In this document: positions 31,196 to 41,837 of the stretch, piece after piece
Layout: each line of letters begins with the position of its first letter
How positions within the stretch are numbered: position 1 is the stretch's first letter
DNA from: Methanotrichaceae archaeon
GTDB taxonomy: Archaea; Halobacteriota; Methanosarcinia; Methanotrichales; Methanotrichaceae
Length of the DNA: 64,000 nt
NCBI GenBank assembly: GCA_963813075.1
Contig: CAWEXU010000030.1
Coordinates: 256,001 to 320,000, forward strand
Reading direction: 5' to 3'
The notes under the pieces: generated by a model
Seen by the model: the letters and a program-made list of their open reading frames with translations, nothing else
What the model was told of the DNA's origin: nothing
The model's database searches: none
Program-made: the position numbers and the translations under genes

Positions 31196-34100
31196 TTATA
31201 CCTCACAATTCACAGCGATAAAGACCTCTTGCTTCAGGTCCAATCGTTTGGGCAAGATGAAAGGCACACCCTCTTTTACGACAAAACGTGTGTCTTTTCG
31301 GGGGACGCAATTGCCGGCCCAGGCTTTAATTTTGAGAGCATCGTAGTCAGGATCGAGGTCAAGATTAACTTGGATGCTACTGTCCGTCAGAGTGATGAAT
31401 GCATCTCCCACATCGGTACCCTTGCGGGTATCGCAGCGAATTGCGCCTGTCCAAATATCTCCTGAGAAATCATAAGCCTCACCAGGGGCCATGATTCCAT
31501 GAGGGATATCCAGGTACCAGCCCCAGCCTCCTTCTGGCCCGGGGAAGCACACGGCATTGCCGCCTGGCAACATCCAGGCAGTCTTGCGCTCTTTGCATTC
31601 CACCTCAGTCCAGTAGCCTTCACCGTTGCAGAGGCAATCATTAGCGTCGGTGCAGTTGACAGTGTAAGTGCTGCCCGCTTTTCTAGTTATAACCGGTATA
31701 TTAGAGCATACATTGGTTAGGTCTACGTGCTCCAGGATCTGGTCGTCTGTTGGCACTTTACCTTTGCAGACCGAGAACTGTTCAGTCTCGATGATGCACA
31801 CAGGGTACTCGGACCAGGAACCGGAACCGGTGCAGAGGCAACCGTTCGCATCGGTGCAGGCGACAGTGTAAGTGTTTCCCGCTTTTCTAGTTATAACCGG
31901 TGTATCTGCGCATACATTAGGAAGGTCTACGTGCTCCAGGATCTGGACGTCTGTTGGCACCACACCTTTGCAGACAGAGAACGGCTCGGTTTCGATGATG
32001 CACGGAGGGTACTCAGACCAGGAACCGGAACCGGTGCAGAGGCAGCCATTGGAATCGTTGCAGGTCACGGTGTAGGTTTTGCCCGTGCCATATTTCACAA
32101 CAGGGTGGTCAGTGCATTGGCTGATGTCAACGTGCTCCAGGATCTGATCGACGGCGGGAACTACGCCATAGCAGACCAAGAACGGTTCAGTCTCGATGAT
32201 GCACACAGGGTACTCGGACCAGGAACCGGAACCGGTGCAGAGGCAGCCATTGGAATCGTTACAGGTCACGGTGTAGGTTTTGTCCGTGCCAAAGGGCGGT
32301 CAGTGCATTGGCTGGTGTCGACGTGCTTCAGGATCTGATCCACGGTGGGAACTACGCCATAGCAGACCAAGAACGGTTCGGTCTCGATGATGCACTGAGG
32401 GTACTCTGACCAGGAACCGGAACCATAGCACGAGCGGCCGTTGGCATCGTTGCAGACCACGGTGTAGGTGTTACCCGCGTCATAGGCCACAACAGGGCGG
32501 TGAGTGCATGGTGGTGTCGACGTGCTCGATGATCTGATCGTCGGTGGGAACTACGCCATAGCAGACCGAGAACGGCTCGGTCTCGAGTGTGCATTCCGGA
32601 CGGCAGATCCAGGTACCGGTTCCTGTGCAGGTGCAGCCGTTGGCGTCAGTGCAGACGGATGGTGTAGGTCTTGGCGGAGAAATCTATGTCAACCAGGGGA
32701 TCGTCCACGCAGGGGATTAGGTCTGCGTGCTCCAGGATCATCATCTGGGGTTACATCTGTGCCAGAGGGAACGGAGAACGGCTCGGTCTCGATGATGCAT
32801 TCAGGGTACTCTGACCAGGTGCCTTCGCCATAGCACGAGCTGCCGTTGGCGGCGGTGCAGGTCACGGTGTAGGTTTTGCCTTTGCCATAGGTCACAACAG
32901 GGCGGTCAGTGCATGGGGTGATGTCGACGTGCTCGATGATCTGATCGACGGTGGGAACTATGCCATAGCAGACTGAGAACGGCTCGGTCTCAAGTGTGCA
33001 TTCCGGACGGACCGTCCAGGTGCCGTTTCCTGTGCAGGTGCAGTTGTTGGCATCAGTGCAGCGGATGGTGTAGCTCTTAGCTGGGTAATCTATGTAAACC
33101 TGGGGATCGTCCACGCAGGGGGTTATGTCTGCGTGCTCCAGGATCATCTCTCGGGTTACATTTGTGCCATAGGGAACTGAGAACGGCTCGGTCTCGATGA
33201 TGCATTCAGGGTACTCTGACCAGGTGCCTTCGCCGTAGCACGAGCTGCCGTTGGCGGCGGTGCAGGTCACGGTGTAGGTTTTGTCTGCGACATAGTTCAC
33301 GACAGGCCGGTCAGTTGCATTGGTGATGTCGACGTGCTCGATGATCTGATCGACGGTGGGAACTACGCCATAGCAGACTGAGAACGGCTCGGTCTCAAGA
33401 GTGCATTCTGGACGGACGTCCAGGTGCCGTTTCCTGTGCAGAGGCAGTTATTAGCGTCAGTGCAGCGGATGGTGAAGCTCCTAGCGGAGTGATTTATGTC
33501 AACCTGAGGAGCATCCACGCAGGAGATTAGGTCTGCGTGCTCCAGGATCATATCTCTGGTCACATTTATCCCAGGGGGGACGGAGAACGACTCAGTCTCG
33601 ATGATGCACTCAGGGTACTCTGACCAGGTGCCTTCGCCGTAGCACGAGCTGCCGTTGGCTGCGGTGCAGGTCACGGTGTAGGTTTTATCTGCGACATAGG
33701 TCACAACAGGGCGGTCATTGCATTTGGTGATGTCGACGTGCTCGATGATCTGATCGACAGTTGGAACTACGCCATAGCAGACTGAGAACGGCTCAGTCTC
33801 AAGTGTGCATTCCGGACGGACAATCCAGGTGCCGTTTCCTGTGCAGGTGCAGTTGTTGGCATCAGTGCAACGGATGGTGTAGCTCTTAGCTGGGTAATCT
33901 ATGTAAACCTGGGGATCGTCCACGCAGGGGGTTATGTCTGCGTGCTCCAGGATCATCTCTCTGGTTACATTTGTGCCATAGGGAACTGAGAACGGCTCGG
34001 TCTCGATGATGCATTCAGGGTACTCTGACCAGGTGCCTTCGCCATAGCACGAGCTGCCGTTGGCGGCTGTGCAGGTCACGGTGTAGGTTTTATCTGCGAC

Positions 34101-35501
34101 ATAGGTCACAACAGGGCGGTCATTGCATTTGGTGATGTCGACGTGCTCGATGATCTGATCGACGGTGGGAACTGCGCCATAGCAGACCGAGAACGGCTCA
34201 GTTTCAAGGCTGCATTCCGAACGGACCGTCCAGGAGCCGTTTCCTGTGCAGTTGCAGCCTTTAGCGTCAATGCAGCGGATGGTGAAGGTCTTAGCGGAGG
34301 GATTTATTTCGACCTGGGGATCGCCCACGCAGGGTGGTTTTATACTTATATTCCCCAAGATAATATCTCGGGTTACATTTGTGCCATTGGGGACGGAGAA
34401 CCACATCCTCTCAAGCTCGCAGCGTTCGTAGACCGACCAGGTGCCTTCGCCGTAGCATTTGCTGCCATTGGCACCGGAGCAGGTGAGAGTGTAGGTTTTA
34501 GCATCATGGTCTATTTTTACCTCTGGACCGTCCTCGCAGGAGGCTATTTCTGTGTGATTTAGTATCATATCTCGGGTTACATTTATGCCATAGCAGACGG
34601 AGAAAGGAAACGTGGCAATTGAGCAGATGATCCTGTTATGAAAGTCCACGCCACTGACATCAGAATTGTTCAGTGTCACGGCAATAGAAGATCCCCCTAC
34701 CGGACTCCAGCCGGGCTCTACCGTCTCGACGACCGTGTAGCTGCCTGGTGCGAGGCCGATAAACGAGTACGTGCCATTCGCTGCCGAAGTCGTGCTATTG
34801 ACCACGTTTCCTCCGGAGTCCTCGAGCTCGACCTTCCAGCCTTTCAGACCAGCCTGATTGCCGTCATTGATCACCCGGCCGCTAATCGACATCGACGGGA
34901 GGTGATACTCGTAGAGGACGCAGATAGTTTCATTGGCAAAGGAACGAGTGCTCTGATCGAAGTTGTCATTTCCAGAATAGTCACAGGAAATATCTGCATC
35001 TGTTGTAAAGCTCAAATTTCCTGGGCCCGTCCAATCGGCCAGTTCATATTGATTAGTAATTTCTACTTCCTTCTTTCCGCATACTTTTTCATATATGCCG
35101 AAGAAGTCAGGTCCAGTGAAGGGTACCTTCTCATCTCCTTCATCTCCTTCGTCTTCTCGCAAGAGGAATTCAAAATCAGTGAACAGGTCAAGGCTCATAT
35201 CCAGGCTATGTCCTGCCGGCAGTAGTGTGGAAATATCAGCTGTGGTTGTGATGCTACAGTTCTGGCCCAAAGAAGCTTCGTTGTCAATCCTAAACCACTG
35301 AGATGAACAGGCACTTGCATTCACAGTAACCTTATCTAAAATCCCCATGCTTGGATCGAACTTTTGGATTGATTTAGTAACGGTCCAGTCTGTGCTCTTA
35401 TTATCGAATATAACGCATGGGGGCGAATAGCTTAAAGCTGATGCCGATTGGCTGATAATCAGCACTAATAGCATTGCCCCTAAGATCCATTTCATTTTCA
35501 T
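31196..35501 (-). CDS. Giant secreted Cys-rich repeat protein (~1430 aa if joined): signal peptide, choice-of-anchor-E-like head, CnaB/SdrD-B-like domain, ~15 repeats of ~67 aa, WGWY tail; several frameshifts
   Basis: ORFs 33363-35501, 32689-33300, 32266-32594 and 31196-32269 carry the same CxxETEPFSV(C/P)xG...TYTVTCT.ANG..C.G.G.W repeat continuously. Confidence 0.8.
31600..34630 (-). repeat. Coding tandem repeats, ~200-bp units; central part alternates A/B with ~405-bp period
   Basis: Near-identical blocks recur, e.g. tccggacgga..tccaggtgccgtttcctgtgcaggtgcagttgttggcatcagtgca at ~33002 and ~33811. Confidence 0.9.
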
Positions 35502-35519
35502 AAAGTATCACCGTTCATC

Positions 35520-35600
35520 AAGAGCCTTTGGCTCATTTGTGTAGGTCACGCACAGTCTGAATTGATGACGACTTTGACCTGCGGATGATTACACTGGAAT
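35520..35600 (-). pseudogene. 3' remnant of the small head-domain gene, paralogous to 38790-38870
   Basis: gagcctttggctcatttgtgtaggtcacgcaca...ctgcggatgatt vs gagccattggctcatatgtgtaagtcacacaca...ctgcggatgatt. Confidence 0.7.
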
Positions 35601-35764
35601 CTGAGCCATTTGAATAGCAGTTCATGAAATAGAGAACTCGCATCAGCTTTCCATCACAGAACCACAATCCTTAGGAAGGCTATACTTATAGATATATATG
35701 TTTTTTAACTTTAAATAGATATCTGAAGGTGATGTTATGATTCGATGAGCCATTTTGCCCGCCG

Positions 35765-36055
35765 CTATCTCATCACAATCATAGTAGCTGTTGCCCTGGT
35801 GCACTTCTTTTGAGATTGCCTCAGATCTACGTGCTCCAGGATCTCGGCGTCTGTCGGTACCACACCTTCGCAGACTGTAAACGGCTCAGTCTCGATGATG
35901 CACTCAGGGTACTCAGTCCAGGAACCGTAACCGGTGCAGGGACAGCCGTTAGCTGCCACAGCCACAGACTCGCAGTTGGACTTGGACGGGAATTCAATCG
36001 CGGAGTTGAACGAGAACACTATAACCGAGACGATAGCCAGGTATCCCTTCTTCAT
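35765..36055 (-). pseudogene. Orphan partial copy of the 67-aa Cys repeat
   Basis: ANGCPCTGYGSWTEYPECIIETEPFTVCEGVVPTDAEILEHVDL flanked by unrelated sequence. Confidence 0.7.
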
Positions 36056-36349
36056 CCTGGGCGTTGCAGGCCGCTGTGCAACCCTGCTAAACGATGAAGG
36101 CCTCCATCTCTGAGCTATCGGTTAAACTGGGAAACCTGGCTGCCTTAGGGATGATCGATGCTAGAAGCAACCACCCGCACGGAGAAGGGATCTAACATCA
36201 CCGCCTATCCCACACTGCCTATCCTTGTGTTTGGAGGATAAGGTATCACTGATGAAACGAGAGGATTTGCTTCAAAGAAGGGCATTAGAGGACATTTAAG
36301 GATGACGATAGAATACTAAGTTTAAGTTCTATAAAATTATTAGCTATAA

Positions 36350-36388
36350 AAATGAAGAGGCATCCTCTCAGGAGTGAGAGGATATGCC
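36350..36388 (-). terminator. Hairpin downstream of the 36469 gene
   Basis: GGCAT-CCTCTCA-GGAG-TGAGAGG-ATATGCC followed on minus strand by a T-rich tract. Confidence 0.5.
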
Positions 36389-36468
36389 ATCGTGGCTAAT
36401 TTAATTGGCTCAATTACTCTTCTCGTTTTTGCTTTTTATTTCCTCCTAGATATATCTCTGCCACTCAC

Positions 36469-38769
36469 TCAATGGGAATTGAAATTGCAGCATACATCAC
36501 CGTCATGGAAGGCGACGTAAACCTTTCCAGGATTCAGAGAGATTTGTTGGGGCTCATTGAACCAGTGGCCAAATCCATTCTTGCTGTTCTTTTTGTTGCT
36601 TACATAGATGTGCGTATCGCCATCGCTGCAGCTGTACTCGCCATCAAAGACAAGATTCCAATCCAGATAGCCGTTGTTATCTACCGAGATGGTCACAGTG
36701 CCTACTCTGTAACCTTTGGATAGATCATTCTGGCCAGCTGCTGCCCACACATCACTGCTAATTCCACTCCCTAACAATTCAGAGCGATCTACTACTGTGT
36801 ACCATCCCCACCTGGCGTTCTTGAGGAATCCATCATTCACGTGTCCTGGGGTTCCAACATCGGGATAATTCGGATCATCCATTCCCCAGTTCGCCATGGC
36901 GGTTTCGCAGGTTACGCATATGTATTCATGTACACATTCGCCTGTTACTGGATCGCAGTAGTCGGCGGTGCATTCATCGCCGTCATCACAGTCAACTGCT
37001 TCATACGTGCAGCCGGTTGCGGGATCGCAACTATCTACGGTGCAGGCATCACCGTCATCGCAGTTCACGGGCGCGTAGACGCATCCAGTAGCTGGATCAC
37101 AGGAGTCGGTGCTGCAGTCGTTGTCATCATCGCAGTCAACGTCCTCATATGTGCATCCAGTCAGTGGATCACAGGAGTCTGTTGTACAGGCGTTGCTGTC
37201 ATCGCAGCTTATCGGGGTAAAGATGCAGCCGAGGACTGGATCGCAGGTGTCCGCTGTGCACGCATCTCCGTCATCGCAGCTTATCGGCTCATGCTGGCAT
37301 CCCAGGACTGGATCACAGATGTCAACTGTGCACTCATTGCGGTCATCGCAGTCAACGACCTCATACGTGCATCCAGTCAGTGGATCACAAGAGTCGATGG
37401 TGCACGCGTTGCTGTCATCACAGTCTATTGGAGTGAAGACGCAGCCGGTTGCCGGGTCACAGGATTCTATGGTGCAGGCGTCATTGTCGTTGCAGATTAT
37501 GGGATTATAGACACATCCAGTAGCTGGGTCGCATGTTTCTGCAGTACAAGCATCGCCATCATCGCATGTATCGCTTATGTCCTCGTTTACACAGCCCGTT
37601 GCTGGGTCGCAGGAGTCGGCGGTGCAGGCATCGCCATCGTTGCAGGTTGCAGTTATGTCCGTATTGACACAGCCGGTAGCTGGGTCACAGGAGTCGGCGG
37701 TGCAGGCATCATTGTCGTTGCAGGTTGCAGTTATGTCCGTATTGACACAGCCGGTTGCTGGGTCACAGGAGTCTGCAGTGCAGGCATCATTGTCGTTGCA
37801 GGTTGCAGTTATGTCCGTATTGACACAGCCGGTTGCTGGGTCACAGGAGTCGGCGGTGCAGGCATCGCCATCGTTGCAGGTTGCAGTTATGTCGGTATTG
37901 ACACAGCCGGTAGCTGGGTCACAGGAGTCGGCAGTGCAGGCGTTGCCATCGTCGCAGGTTGCAGTAATGTCCGTATTGACACAGCCGGTTGCTGGGTCAC
38001 AGGAGTCGGCAGTACAGGCGTTGCCATCGTTGCAGGTTATCGGAGTATAGACGCACAGGCCGTCAACACAAGCATCGGTAGTGCAGGCATTCCCATCGTC
38101 ACAGACTATGGGAGTGTAGACGCATTTGTTGTCTATGATGGAATCTGTAGTGCATGGATCATTATCGTTGCACGGTTCGTAGTAGTAGGTGACGCAGATC
38201 GTTTCATTGGCATTGGTTCGAACCGACTGGTCAAAGTTGCCAGGACCATCTACTTCAGCCCTACCTATCGCTTTTGTCGTAAAGCTCACACTGCCAGAAC
38301 CGATCCAATCGACTAAGTCTTCCGGATCTGAAAATTCTTTTTCGTCCTCAATGCATTGCTTTTCAAAGAAACTATAATAGTCATCCCCGCCCCAGTCACG
38401 CTTATCTGGGTTCCCATCCGCGTCTTCTGGCAGGCAGAATTCTCGGTAGCCGAGGGGAAGATCGAGGATGAAAACCGATCCATCCGGCATTGGCGTGGAA
38501 AGGGTAGCAAAGGAAGTGACCTGATAACACTGTTCCTCAGCATCTTCATTATCAATTTCGAAAGACTGGGAAGCGCAAGCGCTTGCATTTAGCGTGACCT
38601 TATTCAGAACTCCTAAGCTCGGATCGAACTGCGGGAGGGATAAGGTTCTTGTCGAGTCTGTTGACTCGTTAGTAAATACAACACAATTGGGCCCGCTTTC
38701 AAGAGCTGATGCCGATTGGCAAAGGATCAGCAATAAAAGCATTGCCCCAAATATACATTTCAATCTCAT
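36469..38769 (-). CDS. Secreted Cys/Asp-rich protein: choice-of-anchor-E-like head, 17 Dictyostelium-type CDDGNACTxDxC repeats, WGWY tail
   Basis: Signal peptide; LPQFDPSLGVLNKVTL head; C(N/D)DGNACTADSCDPATGC repeats with 78-bp core period. Confidence 0.88.
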   Translation of the reverse strand: MRLKCIFGAMLLLLILCQSASALESGPNCVVFTNESTDSTRTLSLPQFDPSLGVLNKVTLNASACASQSFEIDNEDAEEQCYQVTSFATLSTPMPDGSVFILDLPLGYREFCLPEDADGNPDKRDWGGDDYYSFFEKQCIEDEKEFSDPEDLVDWIGSGSVSFTTKAIGRAEVDGPGNFDQSVRTNANETICVTYYYEPCNDNDPCTTDSIIDNKCVYTPIVCDDGNACTTDACVDGLCVYTPITCNDGNACTADSCDPATGCVNTDITATCDDGNACTADSCDPATGCVNTDITATCNDGDACTADSCDPATGCVNTDITATCNDNDACTADSCDPATGCVNTDITATCNDNDACTADSCDPATGCVNTDITATCNDGDACTADSCDPATGCVNEDISDTCDDGDACTAETCDPATGCVYNPIICNDNDACTIESCDPATGCVFTPIDCDDSNACTIDSCDPLTGCTYEVVDCDDRNECTVDICDPVLGCQHEPISCDDGDACTADTCDPVLGCIFTPISCDDSNACTTDSCDPLTGCTYEDVDCDDDNDCSTDSCDPATGCVYAPVNCDDGDACTVDSCDPATGCTYEAVDCDDGDECTADYCDPVTGECVHEYICVTCETAMANWGMDDPNYPDVGTPGHVNDGFLKNARWGWYTVVDRSELLGSGISSDVWAAAGQNDLSKGYRVGTVTISVDNNGYLDWNLVFDGEYSCSDGDTHIYVSNKKNSKNGFGHWFNEPQQISLNPGKVYVAFHDGDVCCNFNSH

Positions 38770-39346
38770 AAAGAATCTCCTCTCTCTTCTTGAGCCATTG
38801 GCTCATATGTGTAAGTCACACACAATTTGGAGTCGGCGACGTTTGAACTGCGGATGATTGCTCTGCCGTAGGTTTTGCTCTCCATAGAATTTATTGCTGG
38901 CAGATGGGCGGCCTCTTTCTGGAATGAGGCCAAAAATTCGGATGGCTTGGTGCGCACCCTCCCAGGATAGCCCTTCGATTCCGCGACCTCTATCAACTTG
39001 CCTGCCTGGACTAAATAGTTCCTCTCGCAGTTGTAGCCTGCATGCTCCTCGTTTATGGAGCGAGAAACATTGATCAGAAGAGAAATGGAGGCAGTCATAT
39101 TGAGGATACAGATGCACATGGAACCTACAGAGAGGTTGCTGCTCTCTGAGCCCTTGTTTTCAAGCCTGTTGCTCCTAAGAGCTCCAGGGCTATCCAGCAG
39201 ATCGACTCAATCAGGTCTCCAAAGCCTGGATTGCTGACCAGGCTCGGAGAATTAAAACCCAGCGTATCGCAATATGTTGCTGTTTCGACCCCTTCCGCCG
39301 AGGAAGAGGGGAACGAAATTAGATCGATTTTACATCTTTTGCCCAT
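38766..39346 (-). pseudogene. Degenerate/frameshifted stand-alone head-domain (choice-of-anchor-E-like) gene
   Basis: NPGFGDL resembles DPSLGVL and ADSKLCVTYTYEP resembles ANETICVTYYYEP; stop overlaps start of the 36469-38769 gene. Confidence 0.55.
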
Positions 39347-39908
39347 AGCGCCCCTTTGATAGATGCTAACCTTAGCAAGTTCCTCCTGAGTGAACATTTT
39401 CTGATAATTTTTCCGTAATATATCTCAGTGGGTATAAAGCATTATGAGAATTGTGTATTCTTATATTTGCTAAGTATTCAAAATTTAATATTAGTACTAG
39501 ATTTTTTTTATTGATCGTTTCGATCGGGCAAAAGCAATCCAGGCTCATGCGTCTTCGGCAGCTGACCATCCTTCTGGCACAATCATTATAGATACGTATT
39601 AATTTATATTCTAAAATAGTTATCTGATAAGATCCGTAAGAATGCTTTTATCTAATTAGTATTTCTTCAAATATATTAAAAGCCTATAAAGAGGATTTCT
39701 GAATTGCAGGGGTTGATCCCGCAAGATGAGAGTTCAAACTCATCTTCAATTAGAATTAGATATAAAGCGGATGCATGCCGACCATGGTTGAGGAAGATGG
39801 GTTGAGGGTTTACTCCACGCTTCCAGGGGGAGAGAATGAAAGCGGAAAGCAATTTGCATACAGATGCTGAGATGTTCGCAGTAAAAAAGAGAGGGAATAG
39901 AAGAAGGA

Positions 39909-40708
39909 ATGGTTCGGAGCATAGCGATGTCCCAAGTAGTGAATTTCAGGAGCGGATTTGTGGAAGGAGCTTTGCATTGCCTCGGCAGCACAATTGTGGC
40001 CCTGATACTCTTATCGGCCATCCTCGGCTGCGCCGGGGCCGCCACCATCACCGTCTGCGAGAGCGGATGCGATAGCAGCAGCATCAAGTCCGCCCTGAAT
40101 CAAAGCATGCCGGGCGATGTCATTGAGGTCCGCGGGGGCACATATAATGAGAACCTTGACATCCAAAAAAGTGTCAGCCTGGTGGGGGTATCCGACGGGG
40201 GAAGTTGCCTGAAATAAACGGAAGCGGTCACAGTAGCGTGGTTGTGATCAATATCGACAACGTGAATATTTCTGGATTCAAGCTGACGAACTCCGGCAAC
40301 TGCAGCTGCGGAGACTCGGGGCTGCGGATCAGGTCTAACAACAACACCGCGTACAGCAACAACATAACCGGAAACTACTATGGGGTGTATGCGAAGATCG
40401 GCAGCAAAGGCAACCAGATCTTTGCCAACAGCTTCATCAATAACAGCGTCAACATTCGTGATAGCGGAGAGAACCAGTGGTACGGGACTGCCCCGCCATC
40501 TGGCGGCATCCTTTAGCACCATCCTGGGATACCTGGGCGCAGGAGAAGAGGAGCAGCTTATCGGGAACTATTATGACGACTTCAATGAGCGAAGAAGAGG
40601 GTTGCGATCCGGACGGATAATATCTGTTCAGTACCCTACAATATCACTGTGGAGAACAACATAACCACCAATAAAGATCCATACCCTCTGGCCTCACCAG
40701 GGCTTTAG
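39909..40708 (+). CDS. Secreted NosD/CASH parallel beta-helix protein, frameshifted
   Basis: TITVC..GCD..SI..A....GD.I.V..GTY.EN, ISGF.LTNSG, SNNN, GNYYDDF, DPYPL. Confidence 0.78.
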
Positions 40709-40825
40709 GACAGGTAAATCTGGTTGAGGACGCGCCTGAGCGTCCCCATATCCTTTTTTGAAGAAAACGGAAAGATCAGTCCCATTAGTCCCTGAACTAA
40801 CGTTAGTCCATGCGGGAATTATCTT

Positions 40826-41230
40826 CTAAAATGGCGTGCTGTTGCTCACCCAGACGTGCAGGTCATCCTCACTGCAGTCTTCGTTAAGGGCTAGATCGAG
40901 GACATAGCCGGTCGCGGTCATAGTGACGGTTGCCGAGCCTACAAGCCAGCCATTGTTCAGATCGCAGTCGTCGGCTCCGGCCCACATCTGGCCAGAGGTA
41001 TCATAGCTTCCATCGGCCGGGATTGTCCCTGCCGGGATCGCCCAGTACCAGCCCCAATAGCCTGTTCCGTCGAAGCACTTTGCAGGTGATTGAAGGTCCG
41101 CTGGCAGAGCCGACTATCGCACCGTTCTCGATGGACCAGAGATATGTCGCGCCTTCCACTGGCACTAATGAAGCGGTGTTGCCCTCTGAGCGGGATCTGC
41201 GGAAACAGTTATTTTCCAATGATCTCATTA
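40826..41230 (-). pseudogene. Remnant of a third WGWY-tail surface protein with PKD/Ig-like stalk fragment
   Basis: GATYLWSIENGAIVG.. then, in another frame, CFDGTGYWGWYWAIPAG..DTSGQMWAGADDCDLNNGWLVGSATVT..DLHVWVSN. Confidence 0.7.
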
Positions 41231-41266
41231 AGACTGGACAATAGAGAAAGCCCCTCTGGAGTTATC

Positions 41267-41783
41267 TCATAAAAAGAGCCCTCTTTCTTCAGAAACTGAT
41301 GCGCAATCAGCCAGTCGAGATAGCCCCCGATCTTGAGGAAATTCATGTTTGACTGGTAGACTATCTCTGTCCTCCCGACTCTCCCGGATGAGGACGGCGA
41401 ACTGGAGGGGAGCGGGTCTGTAGACCTTCAGCTCGAAGTGCCTCTCGACCTTATGAGAATAAATCTCAAAGGCGTCCTGCTCGCCGGACAGGGCAACCCG
41501 TCCGCACCGTTCAATCAAGAGAGGATCTACCACCCCTGCCAGCTGGCGGTAGGTTCTGCCAACTAGATGCTCTTTTTTGAAACCCATTAGACCTCTCGAA
41601 GGCAGGATTGACATCCAGGATGCGAAAATCAGAGGGCAGGCCAGACTCATCGCATATGACCTCATTTAAGGAGAAGCCATTATTCATCGCAGAAAGGAGG
41701 GAGCGATAATGAACCTCGCACTCCTCTGCCCCCCCAGCGGATAGATCTCTCAACATGCGATTCCGGAATGCGTTCTCTTCCAC
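41267..41783 (-). CDS. Stand-alone PAS-domain protein or fragment, frameshifted
   Basis: YRSLL.AM.NGF...EVI.D..G.P.DFRILDVNPAFER..GFK.E.LVG.T...FE..S....RHFE..VY.P...QFA. Confidence 0.75.
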
Positions 41784-41837
41784 TCACCGATCGATCCTCT
41801 CGCAGGTTATTTCTAAATTTTTTATACATTTATATCA

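Noticed and set aside
35820..35945. Orphan repeat as a diversity-generating retroelement template
   Set aside because: Differences from the coding repeats are not adenine-specific and no reverse transcriptase is in the window.
36245..36265. CTGATGAAAC as hammerhead ribozyme core
   Set aside because: No stem II between CUGAUGA and GAAA, and no flanking stems found.
31600..38180. Repeat arrays as CRISPR
   Set aside because: Units are in-frame coding repeats (78 bp, ~200 bp) without unique spacers, and no cas genes are present.
36841..38316. 491-aa plus-strand ORF and other long antisense ORFs (e.g. 28573-29667, 56549-57418)
   Set aside because: Shadow frames opposite well-supported genes, with no recognisable motifs.
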